DNA of 64,000 nucleotides from an uncultured bacterium (GTDB lineage Bacteria; Babelota; Babeliae; Babelales; Babelaceae): NCBI GenBank assembly GCA_963713855.1, contig OY970209.1, positions 832,001 to 896,000 of the forward strand, read 5' to 3'. Shown piece by piece: positions 59,403 to 64,000 of this stretch (position 1 is its first letter; each line of letters starts with the position of its first letter). The notes under the pieces were generated by a model. It saw only the letters and a program-made list of their open reading frames with translations, ran no database searches and was not told where the DNA came from. The position numbers and the translations under genes were made by a program.

Positions 59403-60548
59403 GTGAACAGAATATATATTCTTGTGCTCGTGTTTTCTTTTCTATTAGCCAATGACGTTCAAACCATGGAAGATAGAAATTCTAGAAACTCTTTTCTTAG
59501 TCGTGCTCGCAGTGCTTTCCATCAGGCCGCGAGTGCTGATCAACGCATTGAGAAGATACTTCAAGAAAATGGCAATAATGTTAACGCGGTCATTGAGATT
59601 GGCAATGAACCTTACACTCTCCTTGCCTATGCGGTTCAAAGCGGAAGCTTGCCCATGGTTAAGCGGTTACTGGGTGAAGGATCTGAAATCAGAATGAGTC
59701 CCACTAGGCAGACTGGCATTCTTTCATTAGCCCTGGCAAGGGGAGATACAGGGATAATTGATGAATTGCTCTCAAGAAATCTTCCGACTAGCGAAATAGA
59801 AGATGTAAACAGCTACGCGCTTGTCCTGCAGGCTGGCATAGATTTGATACGTAACTATCGGCCACGATCACCAGCAAGACATCGGCCGACGGCCCAAAGA
59901 GTTGATTCAGCTTTACTTGATAGGCTTGCATTAAATCCTGGCTCCGGCTTAGAAGCCCAAGCTATTAACGCAGGCGATGCCGGAGATACCTGGTCACTTT
60001 TAACCTTACTTGATAAGATGGATGTTACGGCCATACAAAGGATTTTTGACTATCATCGATTTGAATGGCCTATTGAAACTTTGGAATTACTGACCAGCAG
60101 AGGTGCTCGTGCAAACCTTCACTTTGCTTCATGGGCCAATCTTGAAGATGAGAGATTGTTATTTTTCTTGTGCAACGGTGGACGAGATTCGATAAATACA
60201 GAATCAGCGTTCGGAACGCCCTTGTTTAGCGCCATCGTAAATGACGCCAAGCTAGATCATATACTCATTCTTCTTGAAAAAGGCGCAGTGCCTAATATCA
60301 AATATTCAGATTCAAAAATGACGCCTAAAGAATGGGCATTGAGAAGAATTGATACACTTTATAAGAAGATCGCATCCGGAAATGATAGTAAAAGCGCGAG
60401 TGAAGAAATTGATAAGCTTAAAAAGATCGTCGAACTCTTAAGCTCTGAAGAAGTGCACGTCGATCTTTATTCGTCATGGCGACATTCAGCGCCATTGAGA
60501 GGTGATACCTCGCCTATTAATCAACGGTTTATGGGCGGTACTTTGTAA
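59403..60548 (+). CDS. exported ankyrin repeat protein (signal peptide, ME)
   Basis: GGAG RBS; ...NDVQT-MEDR; TLLAYAVQSG..PMVKRLLGEG, GTPLFSAI...LLEKGAVPN, TPKEWA. Confidence 0.82.
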   Translation: MNRIYILVLVFSFLLANDVQTMEDRNSRNSFLSRARSAFHQAASADQRIEKILQENGNNVNAVIEIGNEPYTLLAYAVQSGSLPMVKRLLGEGSEIRMSPTRQTGILSLALARGDTGIIDELLSRNLPTSEIEDVNSYALVLQAGIDLIRNYRPRSPARHRPTAQRVDSALLDRLALNPGSGLEAQAINAGDAGDTWSLLTLLDKMDVTAIQRIFDYHRFEWPIETLELLTSRGARANLHFASWANLEDERLLFFLCNGGRDSINTESAFGTPLFSAIVNDAKLDHILILLEKGAVPNIKYSDSKMTPKEWALRRIDTLYKKIASGNDSKSASEEIDKLKKIVELLSSEEVHVDLYSSWRHSAPLRGDTSPINQRFMGGTL

Positions 60549-60633
60549 TTTCGTTTCGCTATACTATCAAAGCATGGTTGCTGGGTCTGTTTTCTTCAGC
60601 AGCAGTCTTTTTGAAACTGGGTTTTTGCAAAGC

Positions 60634-63600
60634 TTACAATTCGCTACCGAGTAATTCGTAAGGCACAGCTTTTGCATCAAAATTGACGACTTTAGCTCCC
60701 CGATGCATGAATTTATATTTATAGAATAAGAAAGCACCGACTGCGCCTGTTGCGGCTATAACTGATAATAGAGCAGGAACTCCGATCACTATTCCTATTA
60801 TTGCACCGGTTGATAGGTCATCACTGGGGCTATCATTAGTTGAATAACTTGATCCATCTCCATCACCACCATCCCCAAAAATCGTAACAATCGATACGTC
60901 ATTTGAATCACTATTAGCTGTTGCAAGAATAACGTTTCCCTGGCTCGTGATAATTGGAGAAAAAGCTACGGCTGCGTCATTACTTGAATTGACAGGAAGG
61001 CTATATGAATTTCCTTTTTCTAACGTGTTATTAACAACGGTAAACAGGGTAAAAGTATTTGATATACCGTTAGCTGTTGCTAGATAGGTACTATTGGGAG
61101 AAACAGCAACAAAGACAGGGCCGATAGATCCTGTAGGTAGCTTATATGATGTTCCTTCTTTTATAATTCCCTCCTCCAAAGGAAAAAGACTTACATCGTG
61201 TGAATTGCTATTTGCCGTAGCTACAAATAACCCGCCGTTAAATGCCGTTAAAAATGTTAGTGAAAGTGGGGTGCTTGATTTATAAGGCAATGTTTGAGAA
61301 GATATGGCCTTTAGTAATCCATTTGTTGCGTTAAAGACTGTTACATCGTTAGATTCAGCGTTAGCAGTAGCAAGATATAAGCCATCTGGTGAGAACGCTA
61401 TGCCTATCGGATAGGATGCATTTGAAGGTAGTGCATAGGAAAGACCATCAATCAGTTTTCCTGATACTACTTTGAATAAAGTGACATCATTTGATCGGCT
61501 GTTAGCAACAGCTACATAGTTATCGTTAGGAGAGAAGCTTATAGAGGAAGGGAAGGTCGAATTGCCCGGCAGTGTGTACGATACTCCCTGCGTCAATGTG
61601 CCATTAGCTACGTTAAATAATGTTATATCGTTCGTTTTGCTATTGGCAATTGCTAAATATGATGAATTGTAAGAAAAAGCAATGCTTATGGGAAGCAATG
61701 AACTCGACGGAAGAGAAAAGGAGGTTGCATTACTAAGAACGCCGTGCGGACTTGCTTGAAAAAGCGTAACGTCGCTTGTATTGTAATTTCCCGTTGCTAA
61801 ATAGAGTGCATTTTTTGAAAACGCTAGCGAGCGGGGCTCGCGCGAGTGGATAGGCAAAGGATACGATCTTCCTTTCGATAGAGGACAATTAATCTCAAAT
61901 AACGCCACATTATTTGAGCTCGTATGAGCAGTTGCCACATAATCGCTTGATGGCGAAATTGCAACTGCTACCGGTCCTATAGAGCCTGTAGGTAAGGCGT
62001 ATGAAACCGCCCCGCTTAAGACTCCTGGCTCCCAGGAAAAGAACGTTACATTATTTGAACTATTATTAGCGACAACGAGGTAATTACCCGACGGCGCAAA
62101 GGCCACTGAGTACGGTGCTGTGGAATTTGATGGTAGAGCATACGATACTCCGGTACTTAAGCTGGTTGGACCAACTTCAAAAATGCTTACGTTATTTGAG
62201 CCAGCATTGGCAGTTGCAAGATATTCACCCTCAGGCGAGAACGCTACTGAGCGCGGACTAGTCGAACCGGGAGGTAAAGTATACGATACTCCTCCGCTTA
62301 AGGCTCCCTGTGCACTTATGGAAAATACAGTTACGTTATTTGAACTATTAGCAGTGGCAAGGTAATTGCCTAAAGGAGAAAACGCTAGTGAAAGAGGTCC
62401 TGATGATCCCGCGGGTAAAGGGTATGATGTAGGACTACTCAAAATTCCTCCTGATTCTACTACAAATAGGGTCACATTGTTTGAACTGGTATTAGCAGTT
62501 GCAACATAGTTGCCGCTAGGCGAAAATGCTATCGAGCAGGGCTCGGAAGAACCGGCAGGCAAAGCGTAGGAGTTACCTTCATTAAGCACCCCAGACCTTA
62601 GGGTAAAAAGCGTTACATTGTTTGAGCTTTGATTGGCAGTAGCTACGAAGTTGCCCAACGGTGAACAGGCCACTGATGCCGGACGCAAAGAACCCGAAGG
62701 CAGAGCATAGGTCATACTGCTCAAGTCTCCTTCCTGTTCTAAAGCAAAGACTGTTACACTATTTGTATTGTTGGCGGTTAAAAGATAATTCCCAGATGGC
62801 GAAAATGCTATTGATTCGGGAGTTGTCGAACCGAGATTTAGAGCATATGATGTTGCACCAGTTAATGATCCAGTAAACGCACCAGCAAATATCGTTACAT
62901 TATTCGACTCATTGTTGGCCGTTATAAGATAATTACTTGTAGGTGAAATTACGACCGAATAAGGCCCCAGCGAACCTGAAGGTAAGCTATAAGTTGTACC
63001 ACCAAATAGAATTCCTTGCATTGGTACTACATCAAAGATCGTAACGCTATTGCTTTCATAATTAGCGACTGCTAGGTAATTTCCCGCCGGCGAAAAAGTT
63101 GCAGCGTAGGGGGTTGACGAGCTTGCTAGAGGTGTGGATGATCCACCGGATAATGCGCCGCCTGATCCTACCGCGAACATCGTTACATCATTTGAGCCAG
63201 CATTTGCTGTAACCAAATAGTTTGCTGAAGACATGAAGGCGACTGAGAAAGGATTTGTGGAACCAAATGGCAGGGGATAGGACGCGATTCCACCAATAAT
63301 TTGTCCAAGAGTTAGCGAAAAGACTGTTACATCATTTGACCCATAATTGGCTGTTGCAAAATAGTTGCCTGATGGCGAAAATGCTAGTGATCGTGGGCCG
63401 GTAGAACCGAAAGGAAGTGCGGCTCTTTGTCCAATAAGCAAGCTGCCATCTGCCTCGAAGAAGAACGTAGTTACATCGTTCGAACCAAAATTGGCAGTAA
63501 CTAAAAAGTTTCCTGGCGATGAAAATGCGAGTGAGTAAGGTGCAGTAGAACCAGATGGTAAGGCGTAAGATATGCCACTGCTTAGTATACCTGCAGAATT

Positions 63601-63948
63601 GACAGCAAATACAGTTACATCATTAGAATTTGCATTAGCTGTAACAAGATAATTACCTGACGGTGAAAATGCTACAGCAACAGGAAAAGATGAGCCGAGG
63701 GGTAATGCATACGAGACTTGGTTGCTTAATGTTCCTTCAGCTCCTACGGAAAATATTGATACGCTATTTCCTGCGCCACCGGGTATAGCAAGATAATTGC
63801 CTGACGGTGAAAATGCCATAGAATAAGGATTTATTGAACCAATAGGCAAGCTGTAGGCATTAACTGATTCTAACAAACAAGTGTTATTCGGTCTGATACT
63901 TAAACTCGTTAGGAGCAAGACCATACTTAAAGCTACTGTTATCTTCAT
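60634..63948 (-). CDS. surface protein with 21 beta-propeller blades and a C-terminal transmembrane anchor (paralog C)
   Basis: Signal peptide, 21 counted repeats, LSTGAIIGIVIGVP transmembrane helix, tail YKYKFMHRGAKVVNF. Confidence 0.9.
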   Translation of the reverse strand: MKITVALSMVLLLTSLSIRPNNTCLLESVNAYSLPIGSINPYSMAFSPSGNYLAIPGGAGNSVSIFSVGAEGTLSNQVSYALPLGSSFPVAVAFSPSGNYLVTANANSNDVTVFAVNSAGILSSGISYALPSGSTAPYSLAFSSPGNFLVTANFGSNDVTTFFFEADGSLLIGQRAALPFGSTGPRSLAFSPSGNYFATANYGSNDVTVFSLTLGQIIGGIASYPLPFGSTNPFSVAFMSSANYLVTANAGSNDVTMFAVGSGGALSGGSSTPLASSSTPYAATFSPAGNYLAVANYESNSVTIFDVVPMQGILFGGTTYSLPSGSLGPYSVVISPTSNYLITANNESNNVTIFAGAFTGSLTGATSYALNLGSTTPESIAFSPSGNYLLTANNTNSVTVFALEQEGDLSSMTYALPSGSLRPASVACSPLGNFVATANQSSNNVTLFTLRSGVLNEGNSYALPAGSSEPCSIAFSPSGNYVATANTSSNNVTLFVVESGGILSSPTSYPLPAGSSGPLSLAFSPLGNYLATANSSNNVTVFSISAQGALSGGVSYTLPPGSTSPRSVAFSPEGEYLATANAGSNNVSIFEVGPTSLSTGVSYALPSNSTAPYSVAFAPSGNYLVVANNSSNNVTFFSWEPGVLSGAVSYALPTGSIGPVAVAISPSSDYVATAHTSSNNVALFEINCPLSKGRSYPLPIHSREPRSLAFSKNALYLATGNYNTSDVTLFQASPHGVLSNATSFSLPSSSLLPISIAFSYNSSYLAIANSKTNDITLFNVANGTLTQGVSYTLPGNSTFPSSISFSPNDNYVAVANSRSNDVTLFKVVSGKLIDGLSYALPSNASYPIGIAFSPDGLYLATANAESNDVTVFNATNGLLKAISSQTLPYKSSTPLSLTFLTAFNGGLFVATANSNSHDVSLFPLEEGIIKEGTSYKLPTGSIGPVFVAVSPNSTYLATANGISNTFTLFTVVNNTLEKGNSYSLPVNSSNDAAVAFSPIITSQGNVILATANSDSNDVSIVTIFGDGGDGDGSSYSTNDSPSDDLSTGAIIGIVIGVPALLSVIAATGAVGAFLFYKYKFMHRGAKVVNFDAKAVPYELLGSEL

Positions 63949-64000
63949 AAACAAACTCTCATTTTAAACTCCTTAAAACATTATCAAACTTGAGGGTAAT

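Noticed and set aside
38454..63948. CRISPR array or diversity-generating retroelement behind the repeats
   Set aside because: The repeats are degenerate protein-coding units of about 140 nt. There is no repeat-spacer pattern, cas gene, reverse transcriptase or adenine-specific template/variable pair.

Overview
Bacterial chromosome window, translation table 11. It most resembles Dependentiae (TM6/Babeliae), intracellular parasites of protists; this is an inference from the many signal-peptide and ankyrin proteins and the missing rpmD. Positions 5.6-24.5 kb hold the str-S10-spc-alpha ribosomal cluster (rpsL to rplQ, plus a NifU-domain gene). Many genes between about 6.6 and 17.4 kb carry frameshifts that look like sequencing indels. 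Housekeeping genes elsewhere are ilvE, sbcC, sodA, an ABC-2 exporter, lysS, recJ and cmk. The rest is a dense set of predicted exported proteins. The most notable are: (1) a small secreted protein with two hevein/CBM18-type chitin-binding domains, a typically eukaryotic module, flanked by duplicated Hsp20 remnants; (2) a class II LysRS fused to an N-terminal B3/B4 tRNA-editing-type domain; (3) three paralogous ~1100-aa surface proteins, each with 21 propeller blades, a single transmembrane helix and a conserved tail, plus a 7-blade relative; (4) six exported proteins with Met-Glu/Met-Asp right after the signal peptide; (5) a galaxin-like di-cysteine repeat protein and a branched-chain aminotransferase with a signal-like extension. 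A vapBC toxin-antitoxin pair, a YhcG/DUF1016 nuclease and several pseudogenes are also present. I recognised no rRNA, tRNA, CRISPR array or intact transposase.
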